Origin: an uncultured Papillibacter sp.
GTDB lineage: Bacteria > Bacillota > Clostridia > Oscillospirales > Oscillospiraceae
NCBI GenBank assembly: GCA_964391385.1
Contig: CAYMLM010000001.1
Location: forward strand, 1-34,934
DNA length: 34,934 nucleotides
Direction: 5' to 3'
Under the pieces are notes generated by a model that worked only from the letters and a program-made list of their open reading frames with translations, did no database searches and was not told the origin of the DNA. Positions within the stretch are counted from its first letter, which is position 1. The number at the start of each line of letters is the position of its first letter. The position numbers and the translations under genes are program-made. Positions 9,565 to 17,458 of the stretch are shown piece after piece.

Positions 9565-9593
9565 TTGACGGGACGTTGGGCCTGCATTAAAAT
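9565..9593 (+). promoter_or_regulatory. sigma-A-type promoter of cinA-recD2-comF
   Basis: TTGACG (9565-9570), 17-nt spacer, TAAAAT (9588-9593); GGAGG RBS downstream. Confidence 0.75.
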
Positions 9594-9622
9594 GGCGCTA
9601 GAAACGCGACGGAGGTCAAAAA

Positions 9623-10882
9623 ATGGCATATACGGCTGAGCTGATCGGCGTCGGGACCGAGATCCTCCTGGGGAATATCGCGAACACCGACGCGCAGGAC
9701 ATATCGCGCGCTCTTTCGGAGATCGGCATCAACGTCTTTTTCCACACGGTCGTGGGAGACAATCCCGAACGGCTGAAGCAGGCCGTCGCGATTGCCCGCG
9801 CCCGCGCGGACATCCTCATCACAACCGGCGGCCTCGGCCCCACCTACGACGACCTCACGAAGCAGACGCTGGCGGAGGCCTTCGGCAAAACGCTCATTTT
9901 TCACGAGGACGAGGCTCAAAGTATCCGCGATTTCTTCAAAGAGCGCCTGCACAACATGGAGATGACGGAAAACAACCTCCAGCAGGCGTACCTGCCGGAG
10001 GGCTGCACGGTCTTCCACAACGGCGTCGGGACAGCGCCGGGCTGCGCGTTTGAAGAGGGCGGCACGCACGTGCTCATGCTGCCGGGTCCCCCGAGGGAAT
10101 GCCGCGAGATGCTCATCAGCTGCGCGCTGCCTTACCTGAAGGCGCTGTCGGATTCCGAGATACACTCCCACAACATCCACATCTTCGGCATGGGCGAAAG
10201 CTCCGTCGAGGCGCGCCTTCGCGACATGATGGCGGCGATGGACAATCCCACGCTCGCGCCGTACGCAAAGGACAGCGAGGTCCTGCTCCGGCTGACGGCG
10301 AAAGCCGCGTCGAAGGACGAGGCGGAGTCGATGATGGCGCCCGTGCTCGAAAAGGTGCGGGCCGTCCTGGGCGACATCATATACGGCATCGACACGGACT
10401 CCCTGGAAAACACTGCCGTCGGGCTCCTGACGGAAAAAAAGAAAACGCTTGCGGCGGCCGAGTCGTGTACGGGCGGCCTGCTGTCAAAGCGAATCACCGA
10501 TATCGCCGGCGCGTCGCGCGTTTTTTACGGCGGCGCCGTCACATATGCAACGTCCTCAAAAACGTCGGTCCTCGGGATCGACGCGGGTCTGCTCGCGGAT
10601 AAGGGCGTCGTCAGCCGTGACGTCGCCGAAGAGATGGCGCGGAGTGCGCGCAGGCTCTACGGCACGGACCTCGGCGTCGGCATCACGGGCGTCGCCGGGC
10701 CCGGCGCGGACGAGGGGGGCGCGGAGCCCGGGACGGTTTTCGTCGCCCTGGCCTCGGACGACGGCGTGTGGTGCCGCAGCCTGAGTCTCGCGTTCGGCCG
10801 CGACCGCGTCCGGATCGCGGCGTCCGGCCACGCGCTGGACATGATCCGCCGGTACCTGACCGGCCTGCCGGTGACGGACTGA
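9623..10882 (+). CDS. cinA: Competence/damage-inducible protein A (MocF-like domain + PncC NMN deamidase domain)
   Basis: AELIGVGTEILLG, TGGLGPTYDDLT, NGVGTAPG, LPGPPRE, AAESCTGG and GITGVAGP. Confidence 0.95.
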   Translation: MAYTAELIGVGTEILLGNIANTDAQDISRALSEIGINVFFHTVVGDNPERLKQAVAIARARADILITTGGLGPTYDDLTKQTLAEAFGKTLIFHEDEAQSIRDFFKERLHNMEMTENNLQQAYLPEGCTVFHNGVGTAPGCAFEEGGTHVLMLPGPPRECREMLISCALPYLKALSDSEIHSHNIHIFGMGESSVEARLRDMMAAMDNPTLAPYAKDSEVLLRLTAKAASKDEAESMMAPVLEKVRAVLGDIIYGIDTDSLENTAVGLLTEKKKTLAAAESCTGGLLSKRITDIAGASRVFYGGAVTYATSSKTSVLGIDAGLLADKGVVSRDVAEEMARSARRLYGTDLGVGITGVAGPGADEGGAEPGTVFVALASDDGVWCRSLSLAFGRDRVRIAASGHALDMIRRYLTGLPVTD

Positions 10883-10942
10883 CGGCGGCGGCGCGGCCGC
10901 GCGGCTTATCAGGAAATATCAGGCGAACCGGGGGGAAGCGGA

Positions 10943-13138
10943 ATGGACGAGCAGTATATTCAGATAGAGGGCACGGTCGCCTCCCTGGTCTATCAGAATC
11001 CCGAAAACGGCTACGCCGTCCTGCGGCTGGAAACGCAGGAGGGTCTCGTGACCGCCGTCGGCTGCATGCCGGGCCTCAGCCCGGGCGAATCGCTGCTGCT
11101 GACCGGCGCGTGGACGACGCATCAGGCCTACGGCGAGCAGTTCAAGGCCGCGTTCGCCGAGCGGCGGATGCCGACCGGCAGCGACGCGATCTATACGTAT
11201 CTGGCGTCCGGCGTCATTAAAAACGTCGGTCCCGCCAAGGCGCGCGACATTGTCGACAAATTCGGCGACAGGGCGCTCGAGGTCATCGAGAACGAACCGG
11301 GCAGGCTCTCCGAGGTGCGCGGGATCACATCGAAAAGCGCGCAGCTGATGAGCGCGGCCTTCCGGCGTCAGGTCGGCCTGCGGCGGCTCATCGATTTTCT
11401 CTCGGAATACGGCCTGAAGCCGCTTGTCGCCGTCCGGCTGTATAAATGCTACGGGGACGAGGCGCTCCCGGCCGTCCGGGACAACCCCTACATCACGGCG
11501 GACGAGCGCTTCGGCGCGGACTTCTTCGAGGCGGACGCCATGGCGCTCGAGCTCGGCTTTGAAAGCGACAGCGCCCAGCGCGTCGAGGCGGCCATATTAT
11601 TCGAGCTCAGCCACAACCTGTCAAACGGTCACACGTTTTTGCCCTGTCAGAAGCTGCTCGACGCGACGCGCCAGCTGATCGGCGTGGAGCACTCCGTCGT
11701 CGAGGACGCGCTCGAGGCGCTTGTCGACGGCGGGTATGTCGTGCGCGAGACGGTCGCCGGGCAGGACGCGTGCTATCTCGAGGCATATCGCGAAGCGGAG
11801 GCGTTTGTCGCAGACCGCCTGTTCGATATGGCCAAAAGCCCGGTCGGCGGGCCCGCGAACGCGGACCGTTTCGTCTCGGCCGTCGAGCGCGAGTACGGCA
11901 TCACCTACGCGCAGGCGCAGCTGCAGGCAGTCGGACTGGCGGCCGGCCGGCGCGCGATGGTCCTCACGGGCGGACCCGGGACGGGCAAAACCACGTGCGT
12001 GCGCGGCATCCTGTCGCTGTTCGATATGCTGGGCCTGAAAACCGTCCTGTGCGCGCCGACGGGCCGCGCCGCCAAGCGGCTTTCCGAGCTCACGGGCCGC
12101 GACGCGGCCACGATCCACCGGCTTTTGGGCGCGGGCGTCGGCGAGGGCGACCGGCTTGTGTTCGAGCACGACGAGTCCAATCCGCTCAGCGCCGACGCGG
12201 TCATCGTCGACGAGATGTCCATGGTGGATATCCTTCTCATGCGCGCGCTCCTGGCGGCGACGGGCCCGGCCTGCCGGCTCGTCATGGTCGGCGACGCGGA
12301 CCAGCTGCCGTCGGTCGGCCCGGGCAACGTCTTTTCGGACATCATCCGCAGCGGGATCGTCGATACGGTCGTGCTCTCGGAGATCTTCCGCCAGGCCGGC
12401 GAGAGCGGCATCGTCAAAAACGCGCACCTGATCAATAAGGGGCTGCTGCCGGATCTGACGGTAAAGACCGACTTCTTCTTTTTAAAACGGCCGTCCGCCG
12501 AAAAGACGGCGGAGACGATCCTGGAATTGTGCGCCGAGCGCCTGCCGAACAATATGGGCATCCATCCCTCCCAAATCCAGGTCCTCTCGCCGACGCGCAG
12601 GAACCTCGCGGGGACGGAAAACCTCAACGTCTGCCTTCAGTCGGTCCTAAATCCCGGCGCACTGCATAAAAAAGAAAAGCCCTTCGGAAATATTGTTTTC
12701 CGCGAGGGCGACAAGGTTATGCAAATCCGGAATAATTATGATATAATATGGAGAGGTTCCGACGGTTTTTCCGCCGGTTCGGGCGTTTTCAACGGCGACA
12801 TCGGTTACGTCCGGGAAATCGATCTCGTCCACGAGACGCTCACGGTCGACTACGAGGACAAGCTGGTGACCTACCTGTTTGAACAGCTTTCCGAGCTGGA
12901 GCCGGCCTATGCCCTCACGGTACATAAGTCGCAGGGCAGCGAATTTAAGGCCGTCATACTCGCGTGCGCACCCGGCGCGCCGCAGCTTCAGGTGCGAAGC
13001 GTCCTCTACACGGCCGTCACAAGGGCCCGGGAGCTTCTGATCCTTGTCGGAGATCCGGCCGTTCTCGAAACGATGGTCACAAACGACAGGCGTCTTCGGC
13101 GGTACAGCGGCCTGCGGGCGAGGCTCGCAGAGCATTGA
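10943..13138 (+). CDS. recD2: ATP-dependent RecD-like DNA helicase (RecD2)
   Basis: N-terminal OB/HhH region (YQNPENGYAV, IKNVGPAKA), TGGPGTGKTT, APTGRAAKR, VDEMSM, VGDADQLPSVG, YALTVHKSQGSEF and LYTAVTRA. 731 aa. Confidence 0.95.
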   Translation: MDEQYIQIEGTVASLVYQNPENGYAVLRLETQEGLVTAVGCMPGLSPGESLLLTGAWTTHQAYGEQFKAAFAERRMPTGSDAIYTYLASGVIKNVGPAKARDIVDKFGDRALEVIENEPGRLSEVRGITSKSAQLMSAAFRRQVGLRRLIDFLSEYGLKPLVAVRLYKCYGDEALPAVRDNPYITADERFGADFFEADAMALELGFESDSAQRVEAAILFELSHNLSNGHTFLPCQKLLDATRQLIGVEHSVVEDALEALVDGGYVVRETVAGQDACYLEAYREAEAFVADRLFDMAKSPVGGPANADRFVSAVEREYGITYAQAQLQAVGLAAGRRAMVLTGGPGTGKTTCVRGILSLFDMLGLKTVLCAPTGRAAKRLSELTGRDAATIHRLLGAGVGEGDRLVFEHDESNPLSADAVIVDEMSMVDILLMRALLAATGPACRLVMVGDADQLPSVGPGNVFSDIIRSGIVDTVVLSEIFRQAGESGIVKNAHLINKGLLPDLTVKTDFFFLKRPSAEKTAETILELCAERLPNNMGIHPSQIQVLSPTRRNLAGTENLNVCLQSVLNPGALHKKEKPFGNIVFREGDKVMQIRNNYDIIWRGSDGFSAGSGVFNGDIGYVREIDLVHETLTVDYEDKLVTYLFEQLSELEPAYALTVHKSQGSEFKAVILACAPGAPQLQVRSVLYTAVTRARELLILVGDPAVLETMVTNDRRLRRYSGLRARLAEH

Positions 13139-13178
13139 TAAAGAACTTTGGGCGCAACGATGTCTCAGGAGGTGCGGC

Positions 13179-13826
13179 ATGGGTATTTTCTCAAATATAC
13201 TCGATCTTTTATTCCCTCCGAAATGCATATTCTGCGGCAGGGTGCTCGGCGGCGAATCCTGCATATGCCGAAAATGCCGGGACGGCCTGCCCTATACGAG
13301 GGGCGCGGAGGTCCGCCAGAAGGGCCGCTTTTTCGACGAATGCGTCTCCCCGCTCCGTTACGAGGGCGCGGTGCGCTCGTCCATCCTGCGGTACAAATTC
13401 AAGGGCGCCGTTTCATATGCCGACTGCTACGGCAGGCTGACGGCCGACTGCATACGGGAAAACCTGAAAGACAGCTACGACCTGATCACCTGGGTCCCGC
13501 TGAACGCGCGGAGGGCGCGCTCGCGCGGGTACGACCAGGCGATGCTGCTCGCGCTCGCGGCCGCCCTGGCGCTCGACGACGTCGCGGTCGAAACGCTCGT
13601 AAAGACCGAGAACACGCCCGCGCAATCCACGATCGAGGACAAGGACGCGCGCCGAGCCAATGTGAGCGGGGTTTACAGTGTAAAAGACGCGGAACTGATC
13701 AGCGGAAAGCGCGTGCTGCTCATCGACGACATTGTCACGACGGGCGCCACGCTCTCCGAATGCGCGCGCAGTCTGCTTCTAAGCGGCGCGGAGTCCGTCG
13801 TCTGCGCCACGCTCGCGCGGGCCTGA
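13179..13826 (+). CDS. comF: ComF/ComFC family protein (double zinc ribbon + phosphoribosyltransferase domain)
   Basis: LDLLFPPKCIFC...ICRKC, RSRGYDQA and VLLIDDIVTTGATL. Start moved to ATG 13179 behind the AGGAGGT RBS. Confidence 0.92.
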   Translation: MGIFSNILDLLFPPKCIFCGRVLGGESCICRKCRDGLPYTRGAEVRQKGRFFDECVSPLRYEGAVRSSILRYKFKGAVSYADCYGRLTADCIRENLKDSYDLITWVPLNARRARSRGYDQAMLLALAAALALDDVAVETLVKTENTPAQSTIEDKDARRANVSGVYSVKDAELISGKRVLLIDDIVTTGATLSECARSLLLSGAESVVCATLARA

Positions 13827-13958
13827 GCCGTTTTCGGCCTTTATGTTTCGGCGCACGCTTTTACGTCTATAATTTAATAGACGGTTTTTGCCGCCGCGCG
13901 CCAGACCGTACATAAAAAGTCATGAACGAAATAATCCTTACTTATTTGGGGGTTTCAG

Positions 13959-14987
13959 ATGCTGTTTGGAAGAGACATCGGCATAGACCTCGGGACGACG
14001 TCCGTACTCGTGGCCACAAGAGGCAAGGGCGTTCTTCTGCGGGAGCCGTCCGTCGTCGCCATGGATAAAAATACGGGCCGCGTCTTAAACGTCGGTATGG
14101 CGGCCCAGCGCATGCTGGGCAGGACGCCCGGGAATATCGTTGCCATACGGCCGCTTCGCGACGGGGCAATCTCCGACTACGACATGACGGAACGCATGCT
14201 CAAGGAGCTCGTCAAAAAAGCGCTTGCCTTCACGCTGTTCAAGCCGCGGATCATTATATCGGTGTCGTCCGGTATTACCGAGGTCGAGGAGCGCGCGGTG
14301 ATCGACGCCGGGATTGAGGCCGGGGCCCGCAAGGTCTACCTGATGGAAGCGCCGCTTGCCGCGGCAATCGGCGCGGGGATCGACATCTCAAAGCCGGACG
14401 GGCACATGGTCGTCGACATCGGCGGCGGGACGACCGACGTCGCCGTCCTGTCGCTGTCGGGCGTCGTGGAGTCGAGCTCCATCAAGGCGGCCGGCGAGGC
14501 GTTCGACGACGCGGTTGTCAAGTACATCCGGCGCAAGCACAACGTCCTGATCGGAGACAGCACGGCCGAGGAGCTCAAAAAAAGCATCGGCTGCGTTTTT
14601 CCGCGGCCGGAGGCGACCTCGGTCGACGTCAAGGGGCGGTGCCTCCTGACGGGCCTGCCGCGCGTCGTCTCGATCACCACGTCCGAGATGCTCGACGCCT
14701 TCGGGGAGGTCAGCGAACGCATCCTCGAAATGATACACCATGTCCTTGAAAGCACGCCGCCCGAGCTCGTTGCCGACATCTCGCAGAACGGGATCGTCCT
14801 CACGGGCGGGGGCAGTCTGCTGTGGGGCTTCGACAAGCTTATTGAAAGCCGGACAAATATCCCCACGCGTATCTCGGACGACGCGGAGCTCTGCGTCGGC
14901 TACGGCATCGGCAAATCCCTGGACCTCGTCGGCGATATGCACGAGGGCACCATCAATCTGGCCCGCAGGCGTCAGATGAAAGCCTGA
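13959..14987 (+). CDS. mreB: Rod shape-determining actin-like protein, MreB/Mbl paralogue
   Basis: DIGIDLGTT, EPSVVA, IRPLRDGAI, ITEVEERAV, VDIGGGTTD and IVLTGGGSLL. No mreC/mreD nearby, so probably the Mbl-like copy. Confidence 0.9.
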   Translation: MLFGRDIGIDLGTTSVLVATRGKGVLLREPSVVAMDKNTGRVLNVGMAAQRMLGRTPGNIVAIRPLRDGAISDYDMTERMLKELVKKALAFTLFKPRIIISVSSGITEVEERAVIDAGIEAGARKVYLMEAPLAAAIGAGIDISKPDGHMVVDIGGGTTDVAVLSLSGVVESSSIKAAGEAFDDAVVKYIRRKHNVLIGDSTAEELKKSIGCVFPRPEATSVDVKGRCLLTGLPRVVSITTSEMLDAFGEVSERILEMIHHVLESTPPELVADISQNGIVLTGGGSLLWGFDKLIESRTNIPTRISDDAELCVGYGIGKSLDLVGDMHEGTINLARRRQMKA

Positions 14988-15025
14988 CGGGGCTCCCTAT
15001 GGCTGCCGCATATACGGTGCGCATT

Positions 15026-15045
15026 GGGCGAACTTGTGTTCGCCC
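15026..15045 (+). repeat. 8-bp hairpin containing a LexA-box-like palindrome (possible mreB terminator or operator)
   Basis: GGGCGAAC-TTGT-GTTCGCCC followed by GCCGTTTTGT. Confidence 0.45.
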
Positions 15046-15147
15046 GCCGTTTTGTCCCGTCCGGACGCGGCGCGGACGACCGCTTGTCATTGACTCCCGC
15101 TGGGAGCTGAAATAAAACCCTAAAGACAGAAGGAGGCAATTTCATCC

Positions 15148-17064
15148 ATGGCAAAAAAACAATTCAAGTCCGAGTCCAAACGGCTCCTCGACCTCATGGT
15201 CAACTCCATTTACACGCACAAGGAGATCTTCCTGCGCGAAATCATCTCCAACGCATCCGACGCGATCGACAAGCTCTGTTACATCTCCCTCACGGACGAC
15301 AAGGTCGGCCTCACGCGCGACGACTTTAAAATCGAGCTTGGCGCCGACAGGGAAAAACGCACCCTGACCGTTTCGGACAACGGCATCGGCATGACGAAGG
15401 AGGAGCTCGAGACCAACCTCGGCGTCATCGCGCGCAGCGGCTCCGAGCAGTTTAAACGGGAACTGGGCGACGAGCGCAGGGAGGACATCGACATCATCGG
15501 CCAGTTCGGCGTCGGCTTTTATTCGGCCTTCATGGTGGCCTCGACCGTCACGGTCGTCACCCGGGCCTACGGCGAGGACGAGGCCTACAAATGGGTCAGC
15601 TCCGGCTCGGACGGCTACTCCATCACGCCAGCCGAAAAACAGGCCGTCGGGACGGACATCATCATCGAGATGAAGCCCGACACCGAGGACGAAAATTACA
15701 GCGAATTCCTGGAGGAGCACACGCTGCACCGCATCATCAAAAAGTATTCCGACTATATCCGCTGGCCGATCGTCATGGACGTCACGAAAAGCCGGCAGGT
15801 TGAAACGGACGAGCCGGACGAGAAGGGCAACAAGAAGAAGAAATGGGAGGATTACACCGAAAGGGAGGTCGTCAACAGCCGCATCCCGATCTGGCAGCGG
15901 TCCAAAAGCGAGGTCTCCGACGAGGAATGCATAGAGTTTTACAAGGAAAAGTTTTATGACATGGACGACCCCGTCGCCGTGATCCGCGTGAGCGCCGAGG
16001 GCGCCGTCAGCTACAAGGCGCTGCTGTTCATCCCCGCCAAGGCCCCCTATGACTACTATACGCGGGAATATAAGGCCGGCCTCCAGCTGTACACGTCCGG
16101 CGTCATGATCATGGAGCACTGCGCGGACCTGCTGCCGGAGCATTTCCGGTTCGTGCGGGGCGTCGTGGACTCCCAGGACCTGTCGCTGAACATCTCGCGC
16201 GAAATGCTCCAGCACGACAGGCAGCTGAAAATCATCGCGAACAATCTGGAAAAGCGGATCAAGTCTGAGCTCAAGAAGCTTCTGGAGGGCGACTTTGACA
16301 AGTACGTCACGTTCTGGCAAAGCTTCGGGCCCCAGCTCAAATACGGCGTGCTGGGCGGTTACGGCGTCAACCGGGACCTGCTCTCGGACCTGCTCGTGTT
16401 CTACTCCTCGCGGGCCGAAAAGCTCATACCGCTCGCCGAGTACGTGAAAAACATGAAAGAGGATCAGACGTACATCTACTACGCATGCGGCGAAAACGTG
16501 ATCCATCTATCCAAGCTTCCGCAGGCCGAGCCCCTGCGTGAAAAAGGCTACGAGATCCTCTACCTCACGGAGGACGTGGACGAGTTCGTCGTCAAAACGC
16601 TGATGCGGTTTGAGGAGAAGGAATTCCGTTCCGTCAACGACGAGGACTTGGGCCTGGAGACCGAGGAGGAGAAAAAGGCCGCCGAAAAGCTCTCCACGGA
16701 ATATAAGGACGTGCTGGATTTCGTGAGGGAGAGCCTCGGCGGGAAGATTGCCGCCGCGAAGCTGTCCCGCAAGCTTAAAAGCGCGCCCGTGTGCCTGACG
16801 ACGCAGGGCGGCGTGAGCCTCGAAATGGAGCGCTACTTCGCCCAGCTGCAGGGCGGCCCGGGCGAGCCCCTCAAGGCCGAGCGCGTGCTCGAGCTCAACG
16901 CCGGCCATCCCGTCTTCCAGACGCTAAAAACAACGATGCTCACCGACAAGGACAAAGCCGGCAAGTACGCCGAGCTGCTCTACGGACAGTCCCAGCTCGT
17001 CGCCGGCGTGCCGCTCGACGACCCGGCGCGCTTTGCCGAGCTTGTCAGCGAGCTGATGGTGTAG
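15148..17064 (+). CDS. htpG: Molecular chaperone HtpG (Hsp90)
   Basis: IYTHKEIFLREIISNASDAIDK, DNGIGMT, IGQFGVGFYSAF and LSLNISREMLQ. AAGGAGG RBS. Confidence 0.97.
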   Translation: MAKKQFKSESKRLLDLMVNSIYTHKEIFLREIISNASDAIDKLCYISLTDDKVGLTRDDFKIELGADREKRTLTVSDNGIGMTKEELETNLGVIARSGSEQFKRELGDERREDIDIIGQFGVGFYSAFMVASTVTVVTRAYGEDEAYKWVSSGSDGYSITPAEKQAVGTDIIIEMKPDTEDENYSEFLEEHTLHRIIKKYSDYIRWPIVMDVTKSRQVETDEPDEKGNKKKKWEDYTEREVVNSRIPIWQRSKSEVSDEECIEFYKEKFYDMDDPVAVIRVSAEGAVSYKALLFIPAKAPYDYYTREYKAGLQLYTSGVMIMEHCADLLPEHFRFVRGVVDSQDLSLNISREMLQHDRQLKIIANNLEKRIKSELKKLLEGDFDKYVTFWQSFGPQLKYGVLGGYGVNRDLLSDLLVFYSSRAEKLIPLAEYVKNMKEDQTYIYYACGENVIHLSKLPQAEPLREKGYEILYLTEDVDEFVVKTLMRFEEKEFRSVNDEDLGLETEEEKKAAEKLSTEYKDVLDFVRESLGGKIAAAKLSRKLKSAPVCLTTQGGVSLEMERYFAQLQGGPGEPLKAERVLELNAGHPVFQTLKTTMLTDKDKAGKYAELLYGQSQLVAGVPLDDPARFAELVSELMV

Positions 17065-17068
17065 AGTC

Positions 17069-17170
17069 ATGGTTCTGTATCGTCCGGTCGGGGACGCTGA
17101 GCTAAAGCGGATCGAGCAAAGCGGATTCAAAAAATTTCCGCCGGGATTAGCCGAACAGCCCATCCTTTAA
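17069..17170 (+). pseudogene. Truncated fragment of a conserved ~110-aa hypothetical protein (family often labelled 'ADP-ribosylation/crystallin J1')
   Basis: Hand translation gives MVLYRPVGDAELKRIEQSGFKKFPPGLAEQPIL*. This resembles the LYRPVG..EL..I..SG...FPP.L.EQPIFYPVLN N-terminus I recall for that family and stops where FYPV is expected. Confidence 0.6.
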
Positions 17171-17213
17171 TCGGCGATATTGAAGTTATTCATACTGTTT
17201 AACCGAGCAATAG

Positions 17214-17251
17214 AACGGGGTCCCATTCTTAATTGAATGGGACCCCGTTTT
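17214..17251 (+). terminator. Intrinsic terminator after htpG/pseudogene
   Basis: Perfect 15-bp stem AACGGGGTCCCATTC / GAATGGGACCCCGTT with a TTAATT loop, ending in a T-rich tail. Confidence 0.8.
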
Positions 17252-17365
17252 ATGTTAACAGGCATTTTTACCTATAATATGATGCTAATATTTACTTTAA
17301 CACGCCAGCAACCACAGCATTTCCCAATATTTCCCGACGCAAACTTACAGGCCGCCCCGTCAGGG

Positions 17366-17399
17366 TTTGACGTCTTTTTCAGGGCTTGTCCTCTACAAT
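17366..17399 (+). promoter_or_regulatory. Spo0A-dependent sigma-A-type promoter of spoIIE (over-long spacer)
   Basis: TTGACG (17367-17372), 21-nt spacer, TACAAT (17394-17399). TTTGACG resembles a reverse 0A box. Confidence 0.6.
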
Positions 17400-17458
17400 T
17401 GAATTACTGTTTTATGACGACCGGACAGTTATTCTCCCCATTGGAAAGGACGTTTTTT

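Noticed and set aside
15084-15110. Possible CIRCE (HrcA) element before htpG: TTGTCATTG-N9-GGGAGCTGA
   Set aside because: Only 11 of 18 positions match TTAGCACTC-N9-GAGTGCTAA, which is too degenerate to call.
17237-17458. 74-aa N-terminal extension of SpoIIE in the ORF track (similar extensions for comF 13044, cdsA 34366 and the secreted protein 25717)
   Set aside because: The extensions run through terminators, promoters or upstream genes. The downstream starts have proper RBSs or translational coupling and family-typical N-termini.
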